From: an uncultured Chloroflexia bacterium
GTDB lineage: Bacteria > Chloroflexota > Limnocylindria > Limnocylindrales > CSP1-4
DNA: 64,000 nucleotides
NCBI GenBank assembly: GCA_963748675.1
Contig: CAVVJX010000009.1
Location: 456,713-520,712 of the forward strand
Direction: 5' to 3'
Made by a program: the position numbers and the translations under genes. A model generated the notes under the pieces. The model ran no database searches, was not told the DNA's origin, and worked only from the letters and a program-made list of their open reading frames with translations. Positions 37,737 through 48,810 of the stretch are shown one piece after another (within the stretch, counting starts at the first letter, position 1; each line of letters begins with the position of its first letter).

Positions 37737-38639
37737 ATGACCGCGATCACGCCGGCCGAGGGGACTCGGCCGGCCGCGGCACCAGGCAGCGGCCGTACCC
37801 GTCTGGCCACGGCCCTGCTGGTGCTGCCCGCCACCGCGTGGTACCTGATCCTGCTCGTCCTGCCCCTGGCCCTCGTCCTGCTGTTCAGCTTTGGGGAGCG
37901 CAGCTCGATCGGTGGCTACGCCGGCGGCTTCACGCTCGACAACTACGCGACGGTGCTCAAGAGCCCGGGACCCTTCATCACGAGCCTGACGCTCGCTGCA
38001 GCCGGGACCGTGCTCTGCCTGCTGGTGGGGCTGCCCCTGGCCTATTTCATCGCGACCCGTGCCGGCGATCGCAAGTCGCTGTTCATCGTGCTGTTGGTCA
38101 TCCCGTTCTGGACCAGCTTCCTGATCCGCACCTACGCCTGGCTGCTGATCATCGGGCCGGAGGGGGCGGCGGGCTTCGTCGGTGACCTGATCGGCAACCC
38201 AGGGTTCAGGATCCTGGGCACGGAGTTCGGGGTGCTCATCGGCATGGTCTACGGCTATCTCCCGCTCATGGTCTTCCCGCTGTACGTGACCCTCGAGCGC
38301 ATGGATCGCTCGCTCGTCGAGGCATCCAAGGACCTGGGCGCCGGACGCTGGGCGACCTTCCGCCAGGTCACGCTACCGATCGCCTTGCCGGGCCTCATCA
38401 CCGGGAGCATCCTCGTGTTCATCCCGATGATGGGCGAGTACGTCATCCCGCAGCTGCTGGGCTACGGTCAGGTCTTCACGATCGGCAACGCCCTCGTCCT
38501 GCGCTTCCTCGAGGCCCGCAACTGGCCGGCCGGTTCGGCATACGCCGCGGTCCTCATCCTGGTCATGCTGATCGTGATCACGGCCTACGTGTGGGCCACC
38601 AACCGCGGCCGGCAGGGTCGCGACGTGAGCGTCCTGTGA
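37737..38639 (+). CDS. potB: polyamine ABC transporter permease
   Basis: 300 aa, 6 TM. EAA-type loop LVEASKDLGAGRWATFRQVTLP. Confidence 0.85.
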   Translation: MTAITPAEGTRPAAAPGSGRTRLATALLVLPATAWYLILLVLPLALVLLFSFGERSSIGGYAGGFTLDNYATVLKSPGPFITSLTLAAAGTVLCLLVGLPLAYFIATRAGDRKSLFIVLLVIPFWTSFLIRTYAWLLIIGPEGAAGFVGDLIGNPGFRILGTEFGVLIGMVYGYLPLMVFPLYVTLERMDRSLVEASKDLGAGRWATFRQVTLPIALPGLITGSILVFIPMMGEYVIPQLLGYGQVFTIGNALVLRFLEARNWPAGSAYAAVLILVMLIVITAYVWATNRGRQGRDVSVL

Positions 38640-38646
38640 GGCTCTC

Positions 38647-39600
38647 ATGACCGCGCCGGCTGTTCCGATCGCGACCCCGCGGGCCACGCACGGGCGATCC
38701 CGAGCGGCGGTCGATCGAGGTGCGTCGCTGGTCGAGGCCTGGCTGCGCGCCCACACCCTGGTCGTCTACCTGTTCCTCTACGTTCCGATCGTCGTGGTCG
38801 TGTTTTTCAGCTTCAACAACACGGCACGACGGGTCACCGACTGGGATGGCTTCGGCCTGCGCTGGTACGAGTACGTCCTGACCAACAAGGAGATCCAGCG
38901 CTACCTGCTGAACAGCGTGATCGTCGGCGTGGCCACCGCGATCCTGGCCACGCTCGTTGGCACGATGGCCGCGCTTGGCCTGCAGCGCACACCGCGCTGG
39001 TTCCGTCTACCGTTCGACGGCCTGACCTACACGAGCATCATCGTCCCGGAGCTGGTCATCGCCCTGGCCACCCTCGTCTTCTTCGGCAGCACGATCGGGC
39101 GGGAGGGCATCGTGACCTCGTCGACCGGCGTCGAGATCGGGTTCGGCTACCACACCATCGTGAGCGCCCTGACCCTATTCAACATCAGCCTCGTGCTGCT
39201 GCTGGTCAAGGCCCGCTTGTCGAGCATGGACCGCACGATGGTGGAGGCCAGCTACGACCTCTTCGGCACGCCCTGGCGGACGTTCTGGCAGATCACGTTC
39301 CCGCAGCTGCTACCGGCCATCGTGGCGGGGTTCCTGCTGTCGTTCACGTTCGCGTTCGACGACTACCTGATCACGACCTTCGTCAACGGCCGCGGGACCT
39401 CGACGGTGCCGCTGTACGTGTTCGGGCAGATCCGGCGCGGCGTCACGCCGGCCACGAACGCGGTGGCGGCGCTGATGTTGCTGATCACACTCGGCATCCT
39501 GCTGGTCGGGCAGTTCCTGCTCACCCGCCACGCGAGAAGGTCCGCCGGGCAGCGCGGTGGCGGCGGCGTGGCCGGCATGGTCGCCGAGCAATCCGGCTAG
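38647..39600 (+). CDS. potC: polyamine ABC transporter permease
   Basis: 317 aa. EAA-type loop MVEASYDLFGTPWRTFWQITFP. Confidence 0.85.
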   Translation: MTAPAVPIATPRATHGRSRAAVDRGASLVEAWLRAHTLVVYLFLYVPIVVVVFFSFNNTARRVTDWDGFGLRWYEYVLTNKEIQRYLLNSVIVGVATAILATLVGTMAALGLQRTPRWFRLPFDGLTYTSIIVPELVIALATLVFFGSTIGREGIVTSSTGVEIGFGYHTIVSALTLFNISLVLLLVKARLSSMDRTMVEASYDLFGTPWRTFWQITFPQLLPAIVAGFLLSFTFAFDDYLITTFVNGRGTSTVPLYVFGQIRRGVTPATNAVAALMLLITLGILLVGQFLLTRHARRSAGQRGGGGVAGMVAEQSG

Positions 39601-39610
39601 ACGCACAACC

Positions 39611-40078
39611 GTGGGCTCCCACCCGCTCGACAACGTGGACACCTGGCGCGGGCCGACCGCATCGCAGGCCGCCGGCCTGACCCTTGCCGCGGCGCGGGCC
39701 GTGCTCGACGCCGTTCAAACCGAGGCCCGGACGCTCGGCGTGGCGATGACCTGCGCGATCGTCGATTCGGGCGACCAGCTCGTGGCGTTCGAGCGGATGG
39801 ACGGTGCCGACCTCGTCGGCGTCACCCTCGCCCGCGACAAGGCGTTCACCGCCCTGGTCAATCGGATGCCGACGCGCGACCTGGCGCCGATCGTCCAGCC
39901 CGGGACCGAGTTCTACGGTTACGACTCGGTCGCCGGCGGGCGCACGATCGTGTTCGCCGGCGGGATGCCGCTGGAGCGCGACGGCGTGCTGGTCGGCGCG
40001 GTCGGCGTCAGCGGCGGGGACGCCGCCCAGGACCAGCAAGCCGCCGAGGCCGGGATTCGGGCGTTCGCGGGAGACTGA
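39611..40078 (+). CDS. GlcG/HbpS-like (DUF336) haem-binding-type protein
   Basis: LTLAAARAVLDAVQTEARTLGVAMTCAIVDSGDQLVAFERMDGA...GAVGVSGG. GTG 39611 was chosen to avoid a 44-nt overlap with potC; the start is uncertain. Confidence 0.7.
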   Translation: MGSHPLDNVDTWRGPTASQAAGLTLAAARAVLDAVQTEARTLGVAMTCAIVDSGDQLVAFERMDGADLVGVTLARDKAFTALVNRMPTRDLAPIVQPGTEFYGYDSVAGGRTIVFAGGMPLERDGVLVGAVGVSGGDAAQDQQAAEAGIRAFAGD

Positions 40079-40115
40079 CCGGGGCCCCGCCCGCGCGGGC
40101 CGGCTCGCTCGACGG

Positions 40116-41336
40116 TCAGGCGCTGACGGCCGCCGGCTCAGGCAGGCCGGCGTCCGCCGCGAGGAGCGCGGCCTTGTCCGTCCGCTCCCAGGGCAGGTCG
40201 AGGTCCGGCCGTCCGAAGTGGCCGTACGCCGCGGTCTGGCGGTAGATCGGCCGGCGCAGGTCGAGCGCCGCGATGATCGAGGCCGGACGCATGTCGAAGT
40301 GGCGCTCGATGAGTGCCTGGATCTCGGCGTCGTCGACCTTGCCCGTGCCGAACGACTCGACCGTGAAGCTGATCGGCCGGGCGATCCCGATGCCGTAGGC
40401 GACCTCGACCTCGAAGCGGTCGGCGAGGCCCGCCGCGACCACGTTCTTCGCCACCCAACGGGCGGCGTACGCCGCGGAGCGGTCGACCTTCGTCGGATCC
40501 TTGCCGGAGAACGCGCCGCCGCCGTGACGGGCCATGCCGCCGTACGAGTCGACGATGATCTTGCGTCCGGTCAGGCCGGCATCGCCCATCGGGCCGCCAG
40601 TGACGAATCGCCCGGTCGGGTTCACGTGCATGACCGGGTCCGTGTCGCGTAGCTCGCGCGGGATCGTCGGCAGGATCACCGACTCGACGATGTCCGAGCG
40701 CAGTCGCTCCGGACGCACGTCGGGATCGTGCTGGGCCGACACGACGACGGTCCGGACCCGCTTGGGCACGCCGTGCTCGTACTCGACGGTCACCTGGGTC
40801 TTGCCGTCCGGCCGCAGGTAGGGCAGCTGACCGGACTTGCGGACTTCCGACAGGCGACGCGCCATCCGGTGGGCGAGCGCGATCGGCAGGGGCATGAGCT
40901 CCGGCGTCTCGCGGCACGCGAACCCGAACATCATCCCCTGGTCGCCCGCCCCGAGCTCGAAGGCCGAGGCCGAGTCATCGCGGACCTCGAGGGCCGCATC
41001 GACGCCCTGGGCGATATCGGGCGATTGGCCCTTCACCGACACCAGCGTGCCGCAGGTCTGGTAGTCGAACCCGTAGTCGGCGCGGGTGTAACCGATGTCG
41101 CGCACGGTGTCGCGGACGATGGTCTGGAAATCGATGTAGGTGTGCGTCGTGATCTCGCCGAGCACGAGCACGAGGCCGGTCGTCGTCGCGGTCTCGCAGG
41201 CGACACGGGCGTCCGGGTCGTCCCGCAGGATCTGGTCCAGGATCGCGTCCGAGATCTGGTCGCACATCTTGTCGGGGTGGCCTTCGGTCACCGACTCGGA
41301 CGTGAACAGGTATTGCGCGGCGTCGACGATGCTCAC
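40116..41336 (-). CDS. metK: S-adenosylmethionine synthase
   Basis: [53 protein letters not shown] 41336 with GGAG upstream. The Arg-rich upstream extension of the ORF is spurious. Confidence 0.92.
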   Translation of the reverse strand: MSIVDAAQYLFTSESVTEGHPDKMCDQISDAILDQILRDDPDARVACETATTTGLVLVLGEITTHTYIDFQTIVRDTVRDIGYTRADYGFDYQTCGTLVSVKGQSPDIAQGVDAALEVRDDSASAFELGAGDQGMMFGFACRETPELMPLPIALAHRMARRLSEVRKSGQLPYLRPDGKTQVTVEYEHGVPKRVRTVVVSAQHDPDVRPERLRSDIVESVILPTIPRELRDTDPVMHVNPTGRFVTGGPMGDAGLTGRKIIVDSYGGMARHGGGAFSGKDPTKVDRSAAYAARWVAKNVVAAGLADRFEVEVAYGIGIARPISFTVESFGTGKVDDAEIQALIERHFDMRPASIIAALDLRRPIYRQTAAYGHFGRPDLDLPWERTDKAALLAADAGLPEPAAVSA

Positions 41337-41346
41337 TTCGCGGCTT

Positions 41347-41369
41347 CTCCGTCTTGGGGTTGCCCGGAG
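41347..41369 (-). promoter_or_regulatory. hairpin that sequesters the metK Shine-Dalgarno sequence
   Basis: The minus strand reads CTCCG-GGCAACCCCAAGA-CGGAG; the 3' arm is the GGAG RBS, 7-10 nt before the GTG start. No known SAM riboswitch class could be assigned by eye. Confidence 0.3.
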
Positions 41370-41419
41370 GTTATCACCCGAGGGATGACGGCCAACGCGG
41401 GACCTTGGTCCGGGGTGGG

Positions 41420-43084
41420 TCAGGCGCCGGCACGCCGCGCCTCGGCGGGGTCGGTGGCACCCACCCGGAGTGCCTCGAGATCCAGGTCTCGCTCGATGAT
41501 TCGGAGCGTCTGGTCGTTGATGACGCCGGCATCGCGCAGGCCGATCACGGCCTCGCGTTCCGCGACGAGGACCGCGTTCCGGATCGCCCGATGGTCGAGG
41601 AGTTCCTGCTCGGCCTCGTCGGGTCCCGCGCCCGGGTTCGGCATCACGTGCCCGGCCTCGTGCTCGTACTCGTCGCGCAGCTGATCGATGAGCGGGAGGT
41701 GGTCCGGGTAGTCGATTTTCAGCTCCTCGAGTCGCCTGAGGGCGGCTTCGACGGCCGCCAGGCGGGCGTGGATCTCCTCGCCGTTCTGGCCCGGCGGCGC
41801 GAGGACACCGAGATGGCGGATGAGCCAGGGCAGCGTCAGGCCCTGCCCGACAAGCGTCGCGACGATCACGCAGAACGTGAGGAACAGAATGAGGTCGCGC
41901 GACGGGAAGTCCGGCGGCAGGGCGAACGCCGCGGCCAGCGACACGACCCCGCGCATGCCCGCCCACGCGACGATGAAGACCGTCCGGGCCGGTGGATACG
42001 GGTCGCGCGCCCGCAGGCTCGCGCTGAAGTAGCGAGGCAGGTACGTCGCCGGGTAGACCCAGACGATCCGAGCGATGATCGCCGTCGCGCTCACCGCGAG
42101 GCCCAGGCCCAGCAGCGTCTCGGGCGTGTGTTCCGCGAGGACCGCGTCGAGGATGGCCGGCAGTTGCAGGCCGATGAGCATGAAGACGGACGCGTTGATC
42201 AGCCAGATAACGATCTGCCCGACGCCGAAGCCCATGAGCCGCGCGTCGGGTGACAGGACCCGCGCCGCATTTTGCCCGGTGATGAGTCCGGCGACGACCG
42301 TCGCGAGCACGCCCGACACGCCGATCTGCTCTGCCGCGAGGTACGCGCTCGTGGGCGCGACCAGCGTGACGATGATCTCGATGACGGGGTCCGCCGTGCG
42401 ATGCAGGGTCCGTGACACGATCGCCCCGACGACCGCGCCCACGGCAAGTCCACCGACCCCGACGACCACGAAATCGACGACGGCCCCGCCGACATCGGCC
42501 GCGGCATTGCCCAGCGAGAAGGCCACCGTGCTGGCGCCTGCCGCCCCGGCCACCACTGCGAGGCGATACACGATCAGGGCCGACGCGTCGTTGAGGAGGC
42601 TCTCTCCCTCCAGGATCGTCACGATGCGTCGGGGCACCCCGAGGCGTTGGAAGATGGCCGTGGCGGCCACAGCGTCCGGCGGCGCCACGATGGCTCCGAG
42701 CGCGATTGCGACCGCCGTCGGCATGCCGGTCAGCTGCTGGGCCACGAAGGCCACGGCGGCAGTCGTGAACAGGACCAACCCGATGGCCAGCAGCAGGATC
42801 GGCCGCAGGTTCGCCTTGAAATCCCGGATGGGCGTGAAGTACGCGGCGCCGAAGAGGATCGGGGGCAGGAACAGCAGGAAGACGACGTCCGGCGCGAGCT
42901 CGATGTCGGGGAGGTCCGGTAGTTGGCTCAGCACGATCCCGCCGAGCAGCAGCAGGATCGGGTCGGCGATCCGCAGTCGCCGCGCGACGTAGGTCAGGGC
43001 GATCGCGAAGGCGAGCGTGACGAAGATGAACTGGATGGGACCCAGGTCATGCGAAAGCGTCGGGTCGGTGACGGCGAGGGGCAC
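41420..43084 (-). CDS. Na+/H+ antiporter (CPA1/NhaP type) with a cytoplasmic C-terminal domain
   Basis: 554 aa, ~12 [14 protein letters not shown]...[11 protein letters not shown]..., followed by a ~130-aa soluble tail. Confidence 0.85.
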   Translation of the reverse strand: MPLAVTDPTLSHDLGPIQFIFVTLAFAIALTYVARRLRIADPILLLLGGIVLSQLPDLPDIELAPDVVFLLFLPPILFGAAYFTPIRDFKANLRPILLLAIGLVLFTTAAVAFVAQQLTGMPTAVAIALGAIVAPPDAVAATAIFQRLGVPRRIVTILEGESLLNDASALIVYRLAVVAGAAGASTVAFSLGNAAADVGGAVVDFVVVGVGGLAVGAVVGAIVSRTLHRTADPVIEIIVTLVAPTSAYLAAEQIGVSGVLATVVAGLITGQNAARVLSPDARLMGFGVGQIVIWLINASVFMLIGLQLPAILDAVLAEHTPETLLGLGLAVSATAIIARIVWVYPATYLPRYFSASLRARDPYPPARTVFIVAWAGMRGVVSLAAAFALPPDFPSRDLILFLTFCVIVATLVGQGLTLPWLIRHLGVLAPPGQNGEEIHARLAAVEAALRRLEELKIDYPDHLPLIDQLRDEYEHEAGHVMPNPGAGPDEAEQELLDHRAIRNAVLVAEREAVIGLRDAGVINDQTLRIIERDLDLEALRVGATDPAEARRAGA

Positions 43085-43107
43085 GAGCGAGATGACCGGT
43101 GGCCGCG

Positions 43108-45135
43108 CTACGGGACGGAAACGCGCGTCCGACGGGCGGCCCAGTCGGCCAGGCCCGGGACGTCAAGCGGCGGAAGGTCGTCTGCCGGCGTGAAGCCGAA
43201 GACCGCACCCAGGAAGGCGAGCCGCGCTTCCAGCGTGCGCCGGATGGCGTCGGCGCCGCGGAACCCATGGCCCTCCCCCTCGAACGCGAGGTAGGCATGC
43301 GGGATGTCGTTGGCGGCCAGGGCCGCGACGATCGCCTCCGCGTGGCGCGGCGGGACGACGTGGTCCTCGAGGCCCTGGATGACGAGCACCGGGCACGAGA
43401 TGCCATCGAGGTGATGGTTCGGAGACCGTTCGCGATACAGTTCGGCCGCCTCCGGGTACGGGCCGACGAGCCCGTCGGAATAGCGCGACTCGAACTTGTG
43501 GTCATCGTGGACCAGCGCCTCGAGGTCGCCGATCCCGTACAGGCTGATGCCCGCTGCGAACGTGTCGCGGAACGCGAGGGCGGCCAGGGTCGTGTAGCCA
43601 CCCGCGCTGCCGCCTTCGATCGCCAGGCGGTCAGGATCCGCGTCGCCGCGAGCCACGAGGAACTGGGCGGCGGCCTCACAGTCGTCGACGTCCACGACCC
43701 CCCAGTTGCCCTCGAGCTCGCGGCGATAGGCTCGTCCGTAGCCGGTGCTCCCGCCATAGTCGACGTCGACCACGGCGATGCCCCGGCTCGTCAGCAGCTG
43801 GATCCCGAGATCGAGCGCATTCGCGGCGTGCGACGTCGGGCCGCCGTGCGAATGGACCAGGAGCGGCGGCAGCTCCCCGTCCGGGGCGACGACGTCCGGA
43901 TTCGTCGGCCGGTAGAAGAGACCATGGGCGATGCGCCCGCCGGCGCTCGGGAACGTGATCGGCTCGGCGACCGAGATCCAGGCCGGATCCATGGCCACCG
44001 TGCTGGAGCGCCGCAGCACCCCGGTCGGCGCCAACGTCGTCGGATCGAGCGCGACGAGCATCGATGTCTCGGTCGGCGATCCGGCGATGGCCAGGATCGA
44101 ATCTCCGCCGGCGCGCAGGGCCCCGATATCGGTGAAGGGTGACTCGAGCTCGCCGGTGAGGCGGCCCGGTGCGACATGGAAGATCCGGTCACGGCCGCGC
44201 GCTCGGGCAGCGGCCACGATCGACCCATCGGGCAGGAAGCCGTAGGTCGAGCGGTCGAACACCCAGGCCGGCTTCGCGAACTCGGCCTCCAGCGGGGCGA
44301 GCGGTTCCAGGCGCGGCCCATCGACCAGGCGATACAGGTTCCACCACCCGCTCCGGTCGCTGGCGAGGTGGAGGACCCCGTCCGGCGACCATTCGGGCTG
44401 GACGATCGATTCGTCCGGGCCACCCGCCGCAAGGTCGGAGGGATCGAGGAACCCGTCGGCGCGGACCGTGGCGATCCGCAGGCGGGTCGAATCCCAGGGC
44501 ATGTCGGGGTGGTCCCATTCGAGCCAGGCGAGCTTCGTCCCGTCCGGTGAGAGGCGGGGCGCGGCGAGAAAGTCCGGCCCTTCGACGAGAACCCGCGGCG
44601 CTCGCTCGCCGTCGAGCGGTACCTCCACGATCGCCGCGACCGCCTCGCCGTCGCCCGTATGGTCCTCGCGGACGGCCAGAAACCGGCGACGGCCGGCGTC
44701 GAAGCGCAGGTCGGCGTATCGGTAGTCGCCCTCAGGCGTGATGGGCTGCGGATCGGCGACGCCCGGATCAAGGCGATACAGCCGGCCGTCGGCCCGGTTC
44801 GAGAAGGCGACCGTGCCACCGGCCACCGTGTACGAACCGCCGCCGTACTCGTGGACCCGAGTCCGGACATCGAACGGCGCTGGCGTCACGTCCTCGGTCG
44901 TCCCGTCGATCCCGCGCCGCACGAGGACGCTGCGGCCGCCTTCGGCAGGCCGGCTCTCGATCCAGTAGGCCTCGTCGCCGTCGATCCAGGGCTCGCTGAG
45001 CCGGACGGTGTCGCCGAGCAGGTCCTCGATCCGGATCGGCGACGGCCAGCTGCCGTAGGGCAGCCGCGGCCGCTCGTCGGGCTGGTCGTCTGGGGGAGTC
45101 TCGTCCGCGGTCGACAGCAGTCGATCGTCTGTCAT
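43108..45135 (-). CDS. S9-family serine peptidase (prolyl oligopeptidase / acylaminoacyl-peptidase type)
   Basis: N-terminal beta-propeller-like ~400 aa. C-terminal alpha/beta hydrolase with the nucleophile elbow GGSAGGYTT and a DHVV...H triad context. Confidence 0.85.
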   Translation of the reverse strand: MTDDRLLSTADETPPDDQPDERPRLPYGSWPSPIRIEDLLGDTVRLSEPWIDGDEAYWIESRPAEGGRSVLVRRGIDGTTEDVTPAPFDVRTRVHEYGGGSYTVAGGTVAFSNRADGRLYRLDPGVADPQPITPEGDYRYADLRFDAGRRRFLAVREDHTGDGEAVAAIVEVPLDGERAPRVLVEGPDFLAAPRLSPDGTKLAWLEWDHPDMPWDSTRLRIATVRADGFLDPSDLAAGGPDESIVQPEWSPDGVLHLASDRSGWWNLYRLVDGPRLEPLAPLEAEFAKPAWVFDRSTYGFLPDGSIVAAARARGRDRIFHVAPGRLTGELESPFTDIGALRAGGDSILAIAGSPTETSMLVALDPTTLAPTGVLRRSSTVAMDPAWISVAEPITFPSAGGRIAHGLFYRPTNPDVVAPDGELPPLLVHSHGGPTSHAANALDLGIQLLTSRGIAVVDVDYGGSTGYGRAYRRELEGNWGVVDVDDCEAAAQFLVARGDADPDRLAIEGGSAGGYTTLAALAFRDTFAAGISLYGIGDLEALVHDDHKFESRYSDGLVGPYPEAAELYRERSPNHHLDGISCPVLVIQGLEDHVVPPRHAEAIVAALAANDIPHAYLAFEGEGHGFRGADAIRRTLEARLAFLGAVFGFTPADDLPPLDVPGLADWAARRTRVSVP

Positions 45136-45189
45136 CGGCGGAACTCTACCGCGTTCCGCCCGGCGACCGATCGTCAGCCGCGTGCGGAG

Positions 45190-46467
45190 CTACGTTCCGT
45201 GCTGCCAGGACGAGACGTAGTCGGCCTGCTCCGCGGTCATCGGCTCGAGCTCGATGCCGAGGGCGGCAAGCTTGAGCCGCGCGACCTCGGCGTCGATGGC
45301 CTCGGGGACGACGTAGACCATCGGCTCGAGCTCGGCGTGGTGCTGGGCGACGTACTCGGCGCACAGTGCCTGGTTCGCGAAGCTCATGTCCATGACCGCG
45401 GCCGGGTGGCCCTCGGCTGCGCCGAGGTTGACCAGGCGCCCCTCGGCGATGAGGTTGAGCTTCTTGCCGCCCAGGTCGAACTCCTGCACGTTCTCGCGCA
45501 CATCACGGACGTGGCCCTCGGCCATCGCGCGCAGCGCAGCCAGGTCGAGCTCCGCGTCGAAGTGGCCCGAGTTGGCCATGATCGCGCCGTCCTGCATGAC
45601 CTCGAAATGCTCGCGGCGGAACACGTTGAGGTTGCCGGTCGCCGTGACGAACAGGTCGCCCCAGGCGGCGGCGTCGCCATGGCTCATCACCGCGAACCCG
45701 TCCATGAGCGCCTCCAGCGCGCGGACGGGATCGACCTCCACGACCGCGACATGGGCACCGTGGCCGTCCATGCGCGACGCGATCCCCTTGCCGACCCAGC
45801 CGTAGCCGGCGACCACGACCTTGCGGCCGGCGATGAGGATGTTCGTGGCCCGCAGGATGCCGTCGAGCGTGCTCTGGCCGGTCCCGTAGCGGTTGTCGAA
45901 GAGGTGCTTGGTCTGGGCCTCATTGACCGCCACGACCGGGAAGCCAAGGGCCTTGTCCGCGGCCATCGCCTTGAGCCGGATGACGCCGGTGGTGGTCTCC
46001 TCCGTGCCCGCCAGGACTTCCTTGACCTGGTCGGGGCGCTCGCTGTGGAGGAGCGAAACGAGGTCGCAGCCGTCGTCCATCGTGATCTGTGGGCGCGTGT
46101 CGGCGACGCTCTTGAGATGGTCGTAGTAGGTGTCGCGATCCTCGCCGCGGCGGGCGAACGTCGCGATGCCGTACTCGGCCACGAGCGCGGCCGCGACGTC
46201 GTCCTTCGTCGAGAGCGGGTTCGAGGCCGCGAGCACGACATCGGCGCCACCGGCCTTGAGCGTGCGCATGAGGTTGGCGGTCTCGGTCGTGACGTGCAGG
46301 CACGCCCCGATGCGCAGGCCCGCGAGCGGCTGCTCGCGCTCGAAGCGTTCGCGGATCAGGCGCAGGACGGGCATCTCGCGCTCGGCCCACTCGATGCGCC
46401 GAACGCCCTCTTCGGCGAGGCCGAGGTCGGTCACGTCGTGGGCGGGCAGGATGGCGGCGTCGGTCAT
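45190..46467 (-). CDS. ahcY: adenosylhomocysteinase
   Basis: [44 protein letters not shown]. The ATG overlaps the GNAT stop (ATGA). Confidence 0.92.
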   Translation of the reverse strand: MTDAAILPAHDVTDLGLAEEGVRRIEWAEREMPVLRLIRERFEREQPLAGLRIGACLHVTTETANLMRTLKAGGADVVLAASNPLSTKDDVAAALVAEYGIATFARRGEDRDTYYDHLKSVADTRPQITMDDGCDLVSLLHSERPDQVKEVLAGTEETTTGVIRLKAMAADKALGFPVVAVNEAQTKHLFDNRYGTGQSTLDGILRATNILIAGRKVVVAGYGWVGKGIASRMDGHGAHVAVVEVDPVRALEALMDGFAVMSHGDAAAWGDLFVTATGNLNVFRREHFEVMQDGAIMANSGHFDAELDLAALRAMAEGHVRDVRENVQEFDLGGKKLNLIAEGRLVNLGAAEGHPAAVMDMSFANQALCAEYVAQHHAELEPMVYVVPEAIDAEVARLKLAALGIELEPMTAEQADYVSSWQHGT

Positions 46468-47330
46468 CGGGGGTCGGTCTCCTTGCGGGCGAAGAGGCGG
46501 CGCAACGGCGCCGTGATGTCGGGCCAGGGCGAGCCGAGTCGGTGGATCAGGCGCTCCTCGAAGCGCGCGTGCTCGATGAAGCCCAACCGTCGATAGGCGT
46601 TGATCGCGGGCGGGTTGTCCGCCCGGACGTTGAGGACGATCTGGTCGCACGACCGCAGGAGTTCCGCGGTCACGGCACCCGTGACGGCGGTCGCGAAGCC
46701 GCGCCCACGATAGTCGAGATGGGTCAGGACGTTGCCCACGACCGCAAGACGGGCCGAGGGGCTGACCACGTGCGTGCCCGCCGCGGCCACGAGCTGGCCG
46801 TTCACCCGCATCCCGTAGTAGACCCCGTCCGCGATGGCGCCGGACGGCAGCCACGAGGCGAAACCGAGCTGGTACAGCCGATTGAGCTCGCCGATCTCCA
46901 CGGGCAGCAGCCGCTGGACGGTCGCCGGATACGGCCGGAACCGCGCCCGATCGACCCACATCCGGACCATCTGCGGCCCTGGGTCCACGCGGTAGTGGGC
47001 TTCGACGGCGGGGAGCATCATCGTGCGAGCGGCGATGTACGCGGCGCGCGGCCGGATGACGTCGCGCAGCACCGCGCTGATGCCATCGGGCCGGCCCAGG
47101 ACGAACAGCGGCTGCGGCGTCGGGCCGGTGTATTCCATCCCGACCGCGATGAGCTCGTCCTCGTCGTACGCGGCGCCCCAGCGCGTCCGCGCGAACTCGC
47201 GTTCCTCGAGGTCGCAGATCGCATAGGCCGCGTAGAGCCGGTCTTGCCCGAGGAACTCGTAGAGCAGCTCGCGATCCGTCGTCTGGCGGGCGATGGCGGC
47301 TGGGCGACGGCCGATCGCGATGGTGGCCAT
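46464..47330 (-). CDS. GNAT-family N-acetyltransferase with an N-terminal accessory domain
   Basis: Acetyl-CoA motif [20 protein letters not shown] and [13 protein letters not shown]. 288 aa. Overlaps both neighbours by 1-4 nt. Confidence 0.7.
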   Translation of the reverse strand: MATIAIGRRPAAIARQTTDRELLYEFLGQDRLYAAYAICDLEEREFARTRWGAAYDEDELIAVGMEYTGPTPQPLFVLGRPDGISAVLRDVIRPRAAYIAARTMMLPAVEAHYRVDPGPQMVRMWVDRARFRPYPATVQRLLPVEIGELNRLYQLGFASWLPSGAIADGVYYGMRVNGQLVAAAGTHVVSPSARLAVVGNVLTHLDYRGRGFATAVTGAVTAELLRSCDQIVLNVRADNPPAINAYRRLGFIEHARFEERLIHRLGSPWPDITAPLRRLFARKETDPR

Positions 47331-48784
47331 CAGGACTCGACCGCTGCGGGCGTGGGGGGCGTCTCGGGCTCGGCGACGGGCGTGGCGGGCGCGGCGGGCG
47401 CGGCGACTGGCACGGAGGCGACGGCGGCCGCCGACACAGCCGCGAACCCCGGCGCCGTCGTGCGCCGCAACTCCCGTCGCGCGACGGCCTCGGCGAGGCC
47501 CTCGGGGTACGGAGCCCGGATCACGCCCTCGTCGCTGACGATGCCGGTGATGAGATCCGCCGGGGTCACGTCGAAGGCCGGATTGCGGACCTCGGTGTCC
47601 GGCGGGGCGATGCCCACGCCGCGCACGAACAGGACCTCGTTCGCCTTGCGCTCCTCGATCGGGATCGCCGCGCCATCGGGCGTCGCCAGGTCCACCGTGC
47701 TGATCGGCGCGACGACGTAGAACGGGACGCCATGGCGAGCCGCCAGCACGGCCAGCGTGTAGGTCCCGACCTTGTTCGCGGTGTCGCCGTTGGCGGCGAT
47801 CCGGTCGGCGCCGACGAGGATGACGTCGACCTCGCCATTCGCCATGAGGTGACCGGCCGCCACGTCCGGGATCAGCGTGTGTGGCACGCCGGCCTGGGCC
47901 AGCTCCCAGGCCGTGAGCCGGGCGCCCTGCAGATACGGCCGGGTCTCGTCGACCCAGACGTGCACGGCGCGGCCACCGTGATGTGCCGCCTGGACGACGC
48001 CGAGTGCCGTCCCGAACTGGCCGCACGCGAGCGGCCCCGTGTTGCAGTGCGTGAGGATCCGCAGCGGCCTGTCCTCCGGGAAGATCAGTTCCTCCAGGCC
48101 GAAGGTAGCGAGGCGGCCGTGATCCTCGGTCGTCTCGAAGACGATCGTGTCGGCCTCGGCGCGCATCGCATCGGCGATGGCATCGCCATCCTCGGACAGG
48201 TCGCCGACGGCCTCGTACGCGGCCATGACCCGCTCGACCGCCCAGCGCAGGTTGACCGCGGTCGGGCGCGCGTTGATGAGCGTCTTCGCCGCACCACGGA
48301 GCGTCGCGCGGCGAGCGTACGGACGCGTGGTCCGGGCCTTGTCCGCGGTGAGCGTCAGCCCGATCGCGCCGACCTGGCCGATCGCCGGGGCGCCACGCAC
48401 GATCATCTCCCGGATCGCGAAGGCCGTCTCCGAAGCCGTCCGGACGCGGTATTCCTCAAGCACGTCGGGCAGCTTTCGCTGGTCGACGAGGTGGAGGACG
48501 CCGGGTGTCTCCCGGAAGGGCGTCCGGAACCCGGTCGGCGGCGCGGGGACGACCGGCACGGCCGCAGCCCCACCGATCGCCACGGAGCTTGGGTCGAGGA
48601 TCGCGCTGGCGGCCTCCGCCGAGACCCGCTGGATCGCCTGCGCGGCGCCGACCACGCCCGCCGCGCCGTGGAACAGGTCGCCGGCGAACTGCCGGAAGAA
48701 GCGCCGCCGGGCGAGGTCGGCGCCCTCAAGCGGCGGAGCCGCGGGTTCCGCTTCGGGGGGTCGGCTGTCGGTCGGATCGGTCAA
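47330..48784 (-). CDS. mtnA: S-methyl-5-thioribose-1-phosphate isomerase with ~85-aa N-terminal and ~50-aa C-terminal extensions
   Basis: [38 protein letters not shown] core. The N-terminal extension ([10 protein letters not shown]...) has coding-like third-position GC. Confidence 0.85.
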   Translation of the reverse strand: MTDPTDSRPPEAEPAAPPLEGADLARRRFFRQFAGDLFHGAAGVVGAAQAIQRVSAEAASAILDPSSVAIGGAAAVPVVPAPPTGFRTPFRETPGVLHLVDQRKLPDVLEEYRVRTASETAFAIREMIVRGAPAIGQVGAIGLTLTADKARTTRPYARRATLRGAAKTLINARPTAVNLRWAVERVMAAYEAVGDLSEDGDAIADAMRAEADTIVFETTEDHGRLATFGLEELIFPEDRPLRILTHCNTGPLACGQFGTALGVVQAAHHGGRAVHVWVDETRPYLQGARLTAWELAQAGVPHTLIPDVAAGHLMANGEVDVILVGADRIAANGDTANKVGTYTLAVLAARHGVPFYVVAPISTVDLATPDGAAIPIEERKANEVLFVRGVGIAPPDTEVRNPAFDVTPADLITGIVSDEGVIRAPYPEGLAEAVARRELRRTTAPGFAAVSAAAVASVPVAAPAAPATPVAEPETPPTPAAVES

Positions 48785-48810
48785 ATCGCGTGCGGGCCTC
48801 GAGCGGATCG

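Noticed and set aside
40079-40115. Terminator between convergent glcG-like and metK genes (palindromic GCCCGCGCGGGC).
   Set aside because: The palindrome can form only a 4-bp stem with a 4-nt loop and lacks a U-tract. That is too weak to call.
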